DNA of 57,897 bases, counting the filler, from Asterionella formosa (Eukaryota): NCBI GenBank assembly GCA_002256025.1. It is 8 parts of 8 records of this genome, joined end to end, with 100 filler letters (N's around TTAATTAATTAA, not from the genome) between each part and the next. Parts side by side here need not be neighbours in the genome. Positions count along the whole stretch, not along the records: positions 29,037 to 36,186 come from NKIB01012516.1; positions 36,287 to 43,429 come from NKIB01012517.1; positions 43,530 to 50,664 come from NKIB01012518.1; 5 more parts are not named here. One strand, written 5' to 3'. The notes under the pieces are model-generated. The model saw nothing but the letters and a program-made list of their open reading frames with translations. It did no database searches and was not told where the DNA came from. The translations under genes were made by a program, and so were the position numbers. Below, piece by piece: positions 34,661-47,400 of the stretch (its first letter is position 1; each line of letters begins with the position of its first letter).

Positions 34661-35170
34661 ATGGCATCAAATCCCATTTCCGGCACGGAAGTCAACACCA
34701 ATTCTGGGCTGCCCTTTGGCTACGTGCCTGCCTATTTGCCAGGATCTGCTTCGCTGGTGGAAGAGCTGGATGAAATCCTAATGATTGTGTTGAGGGATGG
34801 AAGGCATTTAGTTGGCGTAAGTACCAAGCGGTGTGTCAAGTTGTTGCCGCATAGAGTAGGAAAAAAGTTCATGGACTGACCAAGAGCATTCATGAACTGA
34901 CAGACCCTGAGATCTTTTGATCAATTCAGCAACATGGTTCTGGAAAATACGTGCGAACGACGCATGGTGTTGCATGACGGTGTTTGCTATTACACGGATG
35001 AACCTTTAGGCCTTTACGTCGTGCGAGGCGACAGCATGGTCTTGTTGGGAAAGCTTAGTGATTTCACCCCATCGAAAAAAGAAATAACTAGGGAAGAGCT
35101 GGAAGACTTACTAGCCAAACACGGGAGTGGGGCACTACAATGGGACTTTGATGCGGATTTAACTGCCTAG
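34661..35170 (+). CDS. LSM1: Sm-like protein LSm1; exons 34661-34816 and 34904-35170
   Basis: YLPGSASLVEELD...VLRDGRHLVG|TLRSFDQFSNMVLE..ERR...GLYVVRGDSMVLLG. 87-nt GTAAGT...CAG intron. Alternative ATG at 34628. Confidence 0.92.
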
Positions 35171-35360
35171 TAGATTTTATAATTTTTTCTCATTGGTAGT
35201 ACTGAGCGCTAGAGCTACTGATGCCATCAATCTACCTTGAGATAAAGGTAGATAACAGTACACCTTATAAATGGCCAAAATTATAACTTCATTTTACAGT
35301 TAACTATATCCAGTCATTCAGTATATAGGCCCAATGAACATGTCACACAAAATTATCCTA

Positions 35361-36052
35361 CTAATCCGCATGCCCATCTTGTAAAACAACGCCACTGGAT
35401 GGAGGGATATCATACATCTTCGAGGCGGACCTCTTTTGTTCCTCCTCTAGGACAGCCATTTCTTCTCGCTTGCACTCAATCTTGGCCGAAATGACAGCAA
35501 TATCCTTGCGGGCTTGATCAAATGCCAGACTAATCTTTGTTTCCTTCTCATCCGTGTTCATGCCAGTATCCAATTCCAGTTGCTCCATCAATTCGTAAAC
35601 TTCGACACCAAACTTTTGCTTTCTAGCCTTGATTTCGCGTTCCAAAAAAACAATATCCGTCTGCCATGGAGTATGAATGGAAGAGGGTTAATATTTTCAC
35701 AAGTCAAATAAGAAAGAATCCATTTTTGTGTCGTGTTTCAGAGCGGTCGCGAACGCATTTATTTTCTTTCTGGAATCGATTGTCGATTGAAGAGGAGAAA
35801 AATGGCAGGGTCCAACTGATCAGATCAAACGACAACACAATCTCAAAAGCTCTCCACCTCCCATGGTGCTATACTCTGCTGTCCCAGGTAACTTCCACAA
35901 CCGCAACGACCAAGATTCACAAGCGATTATGTAGCCTTCAGTAATAGTTCTACAAGGATGTGAATACGTACCTTGAGCATAGTTTTCGCACCTGAATCAA
36001 CAAGGCTTTTCCCCGCCAGCTTCATTTTCTCGAAGAAACTCATCCCTTCCAT
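35361..36052 (-). CDS. Small coiled-coil hypothetical protein (126 aa); exons 36052-35972 and 35660-35361
   Basis: MEGMSFFEKMKLAGKSLVDSGAKTMLK|TDIVFLEREIKARKQKFGVEVYELM joins in frame across a GTACGT...GCAG intron. Confidence 0.75.
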
Positions 36053-36491
36053 TTGTTCACCAGCCCCACAAGCGTACATTCAAGAACTGCGACGATTACG
36101 ATGAAAAAAGATTGACAATGTACAACTTGAGTTTTGTGGGGCGGCGAGCGGGCGAGAATAAATGACATGGTACCTGGTAAACATACNNNNNNNNNNNNNN
36201 NNNNNNNNNNNNNNNNNNNNNNNNNNNNNNTTAATTAATTAANNNNNNNNNNNNNNNNNNNNNNNNNNNNNNNNNNNNNNNNNNNNATGTAATGAGAAGG
36301 AATCCTCATCCTCGCTATTCCTTGCCACTTAAAGTTGAGATATACAAAAGCCCAGCCAGGAATTAAGCTCACTCCTTCGCTTTGCAACCAGCATAATGAT
36401 ATACGGAGCTCTTTACGGAGTATTTTTCTATTCAAACAAAATCTCTTACTACCGCTATTACTTAGTTCGTCCATGCTTCGCTGTGGTCTTG

Positions 36492-38269
36492 TTACCTTTC
36501 TCCAAGTTCCTCCTCGTCGTCTTCCTCCTGCTCGACATTTTCATTAACAGTTTCGGTTTGCCGACTCAAAACTTTCTCAACCTTTTTGCACTCTGTCTCC
36601 AACTTCGCATGTGTTCGCACACCAACGTCAAGTGCAGTGGACACCACGGCCTTCGCTCCCAACTCCTTCGCTCTGAGTCTAGCATCTTTCGATGCGCCTA
36701 GAAGGGAACGGAGACACTTGGCGGAGAGGCACGCATTATGAGGTTTCATGGTGGCCTTGCCAAGCTCTGAGATAAGGGTAGAGAGAATGTCCTTCTGTGT
36801 CACGTTTTGTGCGTCATTCATAAAAGTATTGGCCATGTCCGAGGATGTTGTCCGTGCTCGAGCGCTAGGCTTGGTGGTTTCTTCGGGTTCGTTCCCAAAA
36901 GAGTCCAAATTCTCCATAACATCCAGGGCGTTCGCCAGAACTGCCAATGCCAAATTGTGCAATAATCCAAGGTGTTCGCTGTCGTTGATACGGTCCTTGT
37001 CGCTTAAATCGTCTTCATCGAGATAATCAACTTCCTCGCCGATTCGCCGAAACTGCACCAAGCTCAGAATAGTTTGCCGAATTTCTTCAAAAGGCGATTC
37101 GTCAAAAACAAGAGTGTTATTCTCTTCGTCTATGGTCGTTCCAAGCAAAATTACCCGGGCAGCAATGAGGGCAGTTACTGTCCCAGTCTTGCGCGGGTCC
37201 GTCAACAAGCAAAGAGATTCCAATCCGAGCTGTCGCGCATCCATGCGATCCTTCATCAAGAGACCATGGGCGATTTCAAGGGCAATGACAGCATTTTCTT
37301 CTTCCGACTGAGATTCTGTGGTAACATGGCGGGACAGCAGGCGTTCGACCTTCTTCGAATAAGCAGAGTCAATATCTGATCCCTTCACACCAAAGTCTTC
37401 CACATCAAAGTCACCGATAGCAGCATCGAGAATGTATCTGCTGTATCGATGAAAGGTGATACTACATCCATTGCGACGCTGAAGCTCCACCACAATTTTG
37501 TTGTCCCGGGACGTCGCCCAAAGCGATAGGTGCATTTCAACATTTTCAGCTGTCACTAAGTTCGCCGTCGCCGCTTCATCATCGTAGCTGGCATGTACGC
37601 TGAGCACACGAAGGCAGTCAGAAAGACGGGTCGCGACCTCAGAGAGAGAATCGTCGATCAAGCGAGATGACTTTTCAAGGGGATAAAACGCCGGTACGGG
37701 ACGGAGTGATTTAGGGCTCCAGTTGCTCGTTGAAACCACAACTGCTGCAGAAGAGGGATCATCAATGCTCCTGCTACTCTTTTCAAAAAACGAAGCCTTG
37801 TCGATTAATTCGTCAGTCGCTTCACTCAAAGCAGGTCTTGAGGCGGATGCAGATCCCAGTTGGGCAAACTGAACGGAGCAAACGGAACAGCATCGAAGCG
37901 AAGTGTTAGTCAGAGATTGTCTCGACAACAAAGGATTCAAAACCGAACGGTGTAGACCACAAATGAAGCTCAACACGCTGAAGCGATGGCTCCCCTGATC
38001 ATTTCTAGGTAACGTCGTCAACGCACAGAAAACATAGGTAGAACGCCATGTCGAAAATTTCCCCGGTCGGTCCGGTGGGACTCACGTGCACTCCCATATA
38101 TTCAGCTATGAAGACATCTATGTTTGAGATATCAATCAACCACTGCGTTGAACAAAACTTTGATCCTTCCATTCCATCTCCTCTTGTTACTCACCCTCCA
38201 TTCAGGTCCGTCCCATTTGATGGCTTGATCATTGCCAGAAGCGGCGGATGGCTTTGTTGCGTCGCTCAT
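36492..38269 (-). CDS. Hypothetical protein with helical/ARM-like C-terminus; 5' end split into small exons (38269-38195, 38105-38086, then from 38004)
   Basis: Main ORF of about 500 codons with coding-like composition. GTGAGT donors at 38194 and 38085 and AG acceptors join the upstream exons in frame. A possible further intron ends at 37869 (CTAAC branch site). Confidence 0.7.
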
Positions 38270-39022
38270 GGTTGGTATTTTTAAGATAGAGTGAACAGGT
38301 TGGGAGACTTTCAAAGCGTGGAAGTGAGGAATACTTGTGCCACCATATGACACGCCTGTTAGGTAGGCATACTGTGCGTATTGTCTACATTTCCACCTGT
38401 CTTCAATTTTTGACTGACGGGTCGGACGAGTACCGGAATGTGGTAACCTACCCAGTATATGCATATTATGGAGTAGGTACTACGTCATAATTTTGCAGTT
38501 TTGTTCGTGCTTTGCTGGAAACACACACTTTGATCCCTCTTTCATACTAGTACAATACTCCCTACATACATACGTGTTTTCAATGTCCTGGTGACCTTCA
38601 GTCATATATACGACATGTAAACGAATTAAAAATATTCAGAGATTGTCCACAGGATCGCCATTCGTGCCTGGCATCCTCACAGTCTATATAATATCCAGAT
38701 AATTTTGTATTTGCTGCAGTTGCTATTCAAAAGTACCGGTATGCTATAGGTGCGCGGAACGACTCGGAGTCGAAATTGCAAGCCAAGCCTCCTTTTTGTC
38801 CAGGGATTACCGTTAATACATCATGTATATGTGTCTATGTGTTTCGATTTTTTCGAGCTACATATATAGCAGTAACCATGTGATAGCGCTTGTACGACAC
38901 AATCGCAATATGTGTATGAAATATAATATACTGTCCTTTAGTTACCGGCAGTCCATTCCAGTACTTTCTTGCAAATGTGTTCGTGAGAGAATGAGTATGG
39001 TACCAGGTACCTGGTACCATGA

Positions 39023-39119
39023 CCAGCAAGTTGCGGTAATTTTGCTAAGACTAAAGATTTAGCTTCTTTTATCCCAGATTAAAAATGTTTTTTTAAGCAA
39101 AATGACCGCAACTTGCTGG
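39023..39119. mobile_element. MITE family A, complete 97-bp copy with 24-bp TIRs
   Basis: CCAGCAAGTTGCGGTAATTTTGCT ... AGCAAAATGACCGCAACTTGCTGG (1 mismatch). Right flank is TA. Embedded in GTACC(A/T)G repeats. Confidence 0.9.
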
Positions 39120-39959
39120 TACCTGGTACCTGGTACCTGGTATCGCACGGTTCCCGGCTTGCAATGGTTACATAGGACCGGTAGGAGAAGTGGGGGTCGT
39201 GTATGGCACCCGCAAGTACGTAACTGTGTTCTATGCTGTGCATTGCTTCATTTTGAACATTTTTTTCAAATATTACTTGTTCGAACATTCTCCCTTATTT
39301 GAATACTTACACATAAGCACTTGTTGTTACGGATAGGATTCGGATGCCAGGGCAATAGTATTGTAATAGTTGTCGTCCATAACTAGATATATATGGCTAA
39401 ATAAATAGTTTCTCTCTTACTCCATAATGCTAATGGAAAATTACCCTTCCGTAGCCAAGTGCACAATTTTGACTTCATCAAAAATGACATCAACGGTAAC
39501 CGTTCCCAGCGGTTGTGGTTTGTGCACATCAGAGCTCATTTGTTAAAGTGGCGACCAGTTTAAGTCATTATTACGAAAGTTGGTTCCTAATAAAAGGTGC
39601 TGAAAACACATCATCATGGAAAAGAGGAATCTATCTGAAAGGAATCTTAGCCTATCTCTCCCCTTTTCGATATTTCTTGTGATGTATTATACAATATATA
39701 TACATTTATGTCAATTAATATAATACCTTGCCGGCATTTTATTTTTAAGCAAATTCATATATTACCTTGCCGGCATTCCATTCCATGATTTACAGCATAA
39801 TACGGTACCAGGAAGTTGTCTCAAATGCATAAAAAGTAAATGCTCGACGCTGGACCACTGCCGCATTGCTTTGTTCACCATGATCATGGTTCAACCTCTC
39901 ATTTTCCCCAATGAAGACACAAGTGATTCTTGTAATGATGACGCTCAGCAACAGCGCCG

Positions 39960-40625
39960 ATGACCCTCAGTCCAGTTGGGTATGTTGATGTGTCAGATCG
40001 CTCGGGTGTTGCATTTGATAGCAAAATAGACGTCAAGCATTGTGGCAGTGAGAAAAAGATGATTGGAGATTTCATTGGTGATGAGCCTTTGCATAAGATC
40101 AGTGAACAGGTGCTTGAAGATACCAATAATGACAACAGCAGCGATGTTGAGATTGGTGGCGCTACTGTACAACTGAAAGATCCCAATGGTACAGCTGTCA
40201 TGCCAACCATGACTGACTGCAATGGTAACTTCACGTTGAATGCTTCTCCAGGCATGTACACAATTATCAAACAGACACCTCCTGGATTCGTCAATGTTGG
40301 CAGCAGAACAATTTCTGTAAATACAAGTGCTGCAAATGTTTTGAACATTTGTTTCGATGACCAGCACCCCATCAGTGCTCCAAGTGTGAGTGGCTGCCTC
40401 TCCAGTTACTTTTTGCTTGGATCAATTTCCAGAAGTGTCAAGGAAGATACCGACAACAATGATAGTAAAGAAACTAACTGGGTGGGTGTGACTGTTACTC
40501 TATAGGGTCCAAGTGGTAATGGCCCTATTCTATATACTACTGTTACTTACTTTAATGGCAACTTTGTCTTCGTGAATTTGCCCATTGGCAATTATTTTGT
40601 TAAGAAGATCATCATCCCAGCATTT
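39960..40625 (+). pseudogene. Decayed SdrD-B/Cna-B-like repeat protein fragment
   Basis: Two units: VLEDTNND..D..IGGATVQLKDPNG...TMTDCNGNFT....PGMYTI and GSISRSVKEDTDNND...GVTVTL*GPSG..TTVTYFNGNFVFVNLPIGNY. In-frame stop; no start or signal peptide. Confidence 0.7.
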
Positions 40626-42759
40626 GCACCACTGCATCTTCCTTGTGACCCAACATGGAGCAGACCACTTCGGAAACATCTACTCCTTCCTTTTTTACTA
40701 ACATGATCGCATCATGATGTCTGTCTTGAATGAATCCATCACCTTCATTTTAAGCTGTTTGATATCCTCTGATTCCTCTGTATATCTCAATGCTGTCTGT
40801 AGTGAAGCTTAATATTTATTTCAAGCAAGTTTACCAGACTCTCCGTTGCATCTTATCTTGACAATCAAATCATTGCAGAAAAATTAAAGCAACCTTTTTT
40901 GATTTTACAGATATCTGGTGCAAGCTGGCTACTATTAGCTACGTGTCAGGCTACATAGTACAGTACGAGGAGTCGGATTTGATATAGCGGAGACAAAACC
41001 GATACATACAGGCGTTTCCACTTATACCAGCATTCTAGACTCTACCCTATATACTGCTACCAGGTACCAGGTACCAAAGATTGTGGAGGAGAAGGTAAGC
41101 CCATTGCGACTGGTGTCAGAGTTATCACAATCCCCGGCGCCTTCATTGTTGATTGTCAACTGTCATTGCTGGAATTTCCTCTAAGGATATGCATGTCTTC
41201 TTTCATAAACCTCCTGAAGTAGGCACAGTTTGCGATTTAGTGCAACATGAAGACATACAGAAGAAAGTATTGAAGAGGAAAATCTCAGCAATCAAGACTT
41301 GGGTGTATCTTTGATCCATCATCATATTCGGAGGCAGAATGGAGTCGCGATTCGGGATTGCTGTAAGGGAAGGAGGCTGTTAGATGCAGGTGGATCCACT
41401 TGAAAATAAATTTGCCTGCTGTCCCAGGAGGTGTCCAGCCAGCCATATCCAACAATCTTCCAATGTCAACATTCATTAGTAGGACAAACTATTCACTCTA
41501 TATGTTCGTAGAAATTGAATTAACAAATATAGACTTGTTTAATGTGTTAATCAATGCATCTACTGCTCCTTGATTCACAACAGTAGCTGTATTGTTTGTT
41601 ATCATTAGCAAGAAAAACCATGATGGACCTATGTTGCAGCAACAAACAAACCGGCACACAAGTCACCAAACCATGATGGTACCGGTACCACCAACTTCCG
41701 CGGTTCCGCCATCAAAGGAAGGGGGGGGGGGTTGTGAAAAGTTAAAATATTTGACTATCGAGAAAAGTGAAGAAACGAAAATAAAAAATTCCCTAAATAA
41801 CTGTTGGTCTACATGACGTTCCTGTAGGCGACATACTGGAGAAAACTTCCATCTGTCACAAGGACTGTTCCATGTATACCGGTAGTAAACTTGGTTTGCT
41901 AATATAGTACCAGCAGTTCTTGGCAATCAATGCTGCTAAAATTCGCATATGTAGCCTTTCAGCACGGGATTTCTTTGGCTGGAATATTATTCAAGATTGA
42001 TGACCGGTACCTGGTACCAGGTAGTTTGACTGACCTAATATGAATGCAGTCCTAAATCTTGACATCAACATTCAAAGATAGTAGGCAGTATTTGTCCCCT
42101 GTAGAAAATGGTAGAAGGCATTGCAATGATGATCAATGTCAGTGTTTCAAATTTTGATTTTCAAGTACAATACATATACATAATAGGCATTACTCCATAC
42201 ATAACAATAATGTACTGCCTGCATCCAAATGGCAACCAAATTCAGAAACATTATCTTTCTTTGCTAATGTACCCTGGCTCACAACAGACTTTGTCTATGA
42301 TAGACCAGGGAGTCAGAACAGACTGCAGAAATGACTACCACCAGTAAACAACATTTCCCTATACTAAGTACCAGGGAGTCTATGATTTGCATCAGTGTAT
42401 TTTATTCAAGAGTTGTTCTTCACTTACCAGCAGTTGACAAACCTAACTTGAAGTACAGCTCTGGGATGTGTCCAATACCTCTAAGACTTTCATAACCAAG
42501 TTGCCTCACATAAATCATATGACAAAACATTGACATGCTCAAGGTCTGTCCTGAGGGGGGCTACTTCATACCAAGATGAATTTGTGGACCACTCTCAAGT
42601 ATTCCAGATTTTCAAGAAAAATTGTGAGGTGGACGGAAGTGAAGAGGGTATGACATATTGATCATCAACTTTGTTGGCGGGGTCCCAAAAATATATATTT
42701 ATATATCTCAAGTGTATGTATTTATTTCAAGTATGTATTAGTTTGATTGTAAAGGGCCA

Positions 42760-43429
42760 TATTTCATCGTTTGAAAGGATACCGCAGTACTGGTGGACTG
42801 TTATGTCATGACCTCAAAGGTTGCTATAATTGGCCAATGATCGGATCCACCAACTTTTCTAATTTCGCATTCCTTCAATGTATAATCCTTCTTGTTGAAA
42901 TACACATGGTCATATAAACATTCCAAGAGGTCCAAAATGCCATGTCGAGCATAGAAAAGGATAGTCGGTCCTTGCTAGCAAAGCATTTGTATATCCTTGA
43001 TCTTGGAGAAATTAGTGTGATGGTCCCGAGCGATTGTTGAAATCTCCAACAATAATCATCAAGTTTTGGTCTTTAACTCGCCCTAGATGTGCCTTTATTT
43101 CCTCCATTCGCTCATGCTGCACTGTCCATGGATTGGATGGAAAGGGAGCTTTATGATGTACAATCAGAATTTGAATAATTCGTCCAATTGCGTTGATGGA
43201 TACTCTTAATGCTCCATACCAGTGATTGTAGAGGCGATCGGACCATTGGGATTCATTTATTGCATACTTTGACAGGACAGCCCGCCCACCATAATTCCCC
43301 ATGTCATCACGGAAGCACCTGTGTGGGTAAGTCTCAAAAAGCCCCTCACAATTCTCAAGAACACCCCTCCAACCCTTATTGGATTCCTGTAGACAGACAA
43401 CATCGGCGTTGGACTCAAGTATAGCCCTT
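42760..43429 (-). pseudogene. Decayed exonuclease-endonuclease-phosphatase (APE-like) fragment, possibly from a non-LTR retrotransposon
   Basis: LMIIVGDFNNR motif with an upstream HHKAP; frameshifts and stops. Confidence 0.4.
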
Positions 43430-44027
43430 NNNNNNNNNNNNNNNNNNNNNNNNNNNNNNNNNNNNNNNNNNNNTTAATTAATTAANNNNNNNNNNNNNNN
43501 NNNNNNNNNNNNNNNNNNNNNNNNNNNNNATTCGCTTTACTCTAGTCACTTGGGCGCCGAAATATCTGGTAGCCATAGTGACAAGGGGCACCTATATGGC
43601 TGAGCTGGCCTATGCGCTGTTGAAGCTGTGTCAGAAGGAGCCAGCAATCACCAGCATTCGATACATGATGTTAAGATCCTTGGGTGTACTTTTTGAAATC
43701 CAATGCATTTCTATGGTCTTGGCCCACATCTCACACTTTCCCTGATAATATTATAATTTGATGTTGATTGCTGAGCTATTGAATAAATAAGCATCTCAAA
43801 TTCATTCAACAATGCATGGCGGCCTTGGTTTCTAGCTTCATATTTATATTCAATCAAAATATCCATCCTCGACTCGTAGGATTCAATATATTTTATCATC
43901 TTCGTATTCTTGCTTTTCATCTTTACTCGGCCAATCATCAGCCTCACCACATAAATCTAATCCAGATTGAGATTGTCGACATCATTTATGCAGTTTATAA
44001 GTGCCATTAGTTCTACCAATCATCGTG

Positions 44028-44648
44028 ATGAGCCACTCTTCTCTTTCTCGCTCGCTGCGGTCCCTTGTCCGCCCTCGCATATATCTTCGATGGCAAAGTT
44101 CATCATTTTCCGAATGCAAGGTCGTTCCTCGCAAGAACGCAGCCCTGCAGCAAGTCAAAGCATTTGGACTTTCGACGCTCGAAGCCACGACGCGAGAAGT
44201 GGCCGAAAAGACTCGACGATCACTCTTTGAGGGTAAGAAAGATCGAGGTCCTGATCCAAATCAAATTAGAGAAGGAGAAATGATTCTAGAAATGGTTTGC
44301 AACGCCTTGGAGGAGATGTTGCGAAAGGGCGATTCGACCTTCTGCATCCGTGGCGAACCAGTCAACTTTTTTGACTGTGAAGTGAATTCCAATATGAGAC
44401 AAGCCAAGATATTCTGGTCTCTTCCGCATAGCTTGATTAAGTTACCACAAGAGCTAAAGCATCAAGTGGAGGAGAAGATGCAATACATTTTGGAGCAGCG
44501 AGGGAGCAAACTTCAATACATGGTTCACACCAAGCTCAGGCATTATTATCCGCCGCGTTTGCGGTTTGTGGCCAAACGAGATGTTGAAATGGAAAATCTT
44601 TTGCTAATGGGACTAGAAAACTATGAAAGTGAGAGCGAGGAGAAATAG
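44028..44648 (+). CDS. RBFA: Ribosome-binding factor A (RbfA)-domain protein, probably mitochondrial
   Basis: CEVNSNMRQAKIFWS...L....SKLQYMVHTKLRHYYPPRLRF fits the RbfA fold pattern. R/S/L-rich presequence. Confidence 0.7.
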   Translation: MSHSSLSRSLRSLVRPRIYLRWQSSSFSECKVVPRKNAALQQVKAFGLSTLEATTREVAEKTRRSLFEGKKDRGPDPNQIREGEMILEMVCNALEEMLRKGDSTFCIRGEPVNFFDCEVNSNMRQAKIFWSLPHSLIKLPQELKHQVEEKMQYILEQRGSKLQYMVHTKLRHYYPPRLRFVAKRDVEMENLLLMGLENYESESEEK

Positions 44649-44806
44649 AGCATTTGCACTGGGTTGCTCCGTTATGAACACATAACACGTCTTAACGGCA
44701 CGAAGTAACGACGTGAATTGCAGCATGCAAGTGGTATCTACGTCCGAGTTTAAATAAAGTTCCAACACCTAATTCCTTTTTCTACGAATACATCACTTCT
44801 AATCTG

Positions 44807-45700
44807 TCACCACGTGATAGATAACAACATGGCGACGACAGCAAACCGCATTAGCATGTAACCTAGAACTATTTTTGGCATGCTGAGATTCCGTACAACA
44901 ACAAGAGTTATCCAATTCAATACATCAATGGCTTCAACAAGACAAGGTGTCGATGGAAGTTTGGAATTCTGATTAATGTCGAGTGGCTTCGTTTTGTTGG
45001 CCTTGCTAGGCAACATGTGCATTCGCTTCAAGTCCAAGCCACGTACCATTCTCACTGTAGTCTAATCCATATGATTTCTCGTCCTCAAAGACAGTCCAAG
45101 TGAGTAGGGCATGTCTTTCTCATCGATTGTTTCATTCAGGAAAAATATTGGCTTGCTGCCAACTGTGCCATCATACCTTCACTCAAACATATTCTTTCCA
45201 AATGAATTATGAAGTGGGTGTGCAGCAATCGGCATTCTTTTGCACAACGAACCAAAATATCCACGTCAGAACCAATCGTACTCAATGGCACTTTGATGAT
45301 GTCGCCAGATTTACCGTGCCCATAGGAAATATGGATACTTATTTCGGAGTTTGCTGAAGTCATCGAAAAAGTTGTGCCAGTGATCAAGTCAGGATGGCAC
45401 CACGCATCACACTTGATATATTCTGGAGACGACTCAAAGCAAACAGAAAAGGCGACCACCTTTTGTGCTGCACAATCTTGACCAGGTCTGAACTGAGGAA
45501 TATCACACAAAGTTGCACTGCTCGAAGGAAATCCATAGACACAAATTCATGGATATCGGCCATATTGCCGATATCTTCCGTTGTCAGACCTTCCCTGACC
45601 CATGTATCCATAAATGATGCTTACTGGATGCATTCTAGGATCATGCCAATCAATTTTGTTGAAATTGCGTCTTTTTATTGCTTTCTGTATCCTTTAAGGT
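44807..45700 (-). pseudogene. Frameshifted glycosyltransferase-like gene fragment (GT17/MGAT3-like diatom family), next to the Harbinger insertion
   Basis: W..EGLT.EDIGNMADIHEFVSMDFLRAVQL/CDIPQFRPGQDC..K....FESSPE...W.HPDLI.G spread over several frames. C-terminal TM; 5' part missing. Confidence 0.5.
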
Positions 45701-45793
45701 CCTTTGACCAAATAGGCTATAGATATGAACAATGGTTGATTGTAATCGATTTTAATCATGATTCCTAAAATGTTTTGTAGATAATGAGTTTTA

Positions 45794-47400
45794 GGGCCGT
45801 ACTTTTCATTTTTTTTCGTGTATGTATCACGAAATTTGAAAAATTTTGAAAATGTATCAGACATCAGCAATGGTCAATCGATTTGAAATGAATTTCATTC
45901 ATTCCAAAAGTGACACTGTATCACTAATTTGTGATCAAATTGTGTCATGGAGTATCATTGATCTTCAATGGCAACAGGCTGGCAAAGATCATATGTATAT
46001 CCCTCCAGAATATAATGATGGTCTTGATATCAAGCAGCAGCATAAAATATTATTATACTATATTATAATATAAACACACCATTGCATGATGGCTGAATCA
46101 TGTCATTGCCTTTTGAGTGACTTGATGATAACAATGATGACAGCAGTGATCTCGATTTCTTCATCTTCTGTCACTTAGCTAAGGAAGCAGAGGAACAATA
46201 AAACTCATCCAAAGGACAAAGGCATCACTGTAAGTGGCAGCATCACTCATCCAAACAACGATGACAACGAAGGCACAAGTAGCACCACCAAAGAATCTCC
46301 TGGCAATCACATGTCAAGAAACTCAATCACGAGATTGCTTTCAAGAAGACATACAGAATGTCAAACGGATCATTGAAAATACTCACCTCCATGCTGGAAA
46401 TTCAGATTGCAGGGAATTATTCCAAATAGGGCACTTCTGAGCCCATAATTCCTGAAATTGTGGTAGCCATTGGATTGCAATTGTTGGCTGGTGGCAGTTA
46501 CATCAACATTTGTCATGCCTAGCTACAGCTGTAGCATTGCTTCACTTTATCAATGTCATGATTTGTTCATTGATGCTGAATTAAACTGTGAAGAACTCGA
46601 AATTATTTTTCCAGAAGAAAAAGAAGAATTTATCAAAATGGCTTCCAGCTTTGAATGCAAAATCTCCGAGGGCATGATGAGAGGATGTGTTGGTGCTATT
46701 GACGGCTTCCTATCCACCATCAACCGCCCGACTTTAGTTGAAAGTGGCAACAACCCTGGTTCATTTTTCCGGTCGCTACATGACTTATGGAATCAACGTC
46801 CAGGCTGTTTGTGACGCTGACTAAAGATTTATTTATTTTGGTGTGATTGCACCAGGAAAATGCAGTGACCAAGTAGCTTTTGAACGAACTTCTATTTTCG
46901 ATCGAGTTGCAGCATTCGATACAGGTTTTTATCTGGTCGGCGATGCAGCATACACATTGTCTGATGTAATGCTCATTCTCTTTGTTGGCTCACAACGTGA
47001 TGATCCAACACAGGATACATTTAACTTTTTCCTTTCACAGCTGAGGATAAGAATGGAAATGGGAATTGGTATTTTTCAGACAAAATGGTGTGTTCTAAAT
47101 AAAACCTATCAACAAGCTTCGAAACATCTGCACGCATTATTGATTCATGTGCTTGACTTCATAATTATGTGTTTAATGAGAAGATAATTGATAACAAGAG
47201 AGATTATGGATGATAATCAAACACTTACAGAGATATTCTAGTCAGTTTGTCATCCCTTGGCCGAGGCTACTTACTGACTGTGGAACCCTTGTGTATATTG
47301 CCTGGAAGCTCTGTGATGCGGGATGTGATTCTTACCAGATTTCGAGCCTTGCAACAACCTCCTGTCAATATCGAGAGGAGTAGGAAAAATTACTGAAATT
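45794..47400 (+). mobile_element. PIF/Harbinger copy 2; transposase pseudogene (46100 to about 47395)
   Basis: Starts TTA|GGGCCGTACTTTTCATTTTTTTTCGTG. Colinear with 13126-14423 but with stops, frameshifts and many CG>TG/CA changes. Confidence 0.92.
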
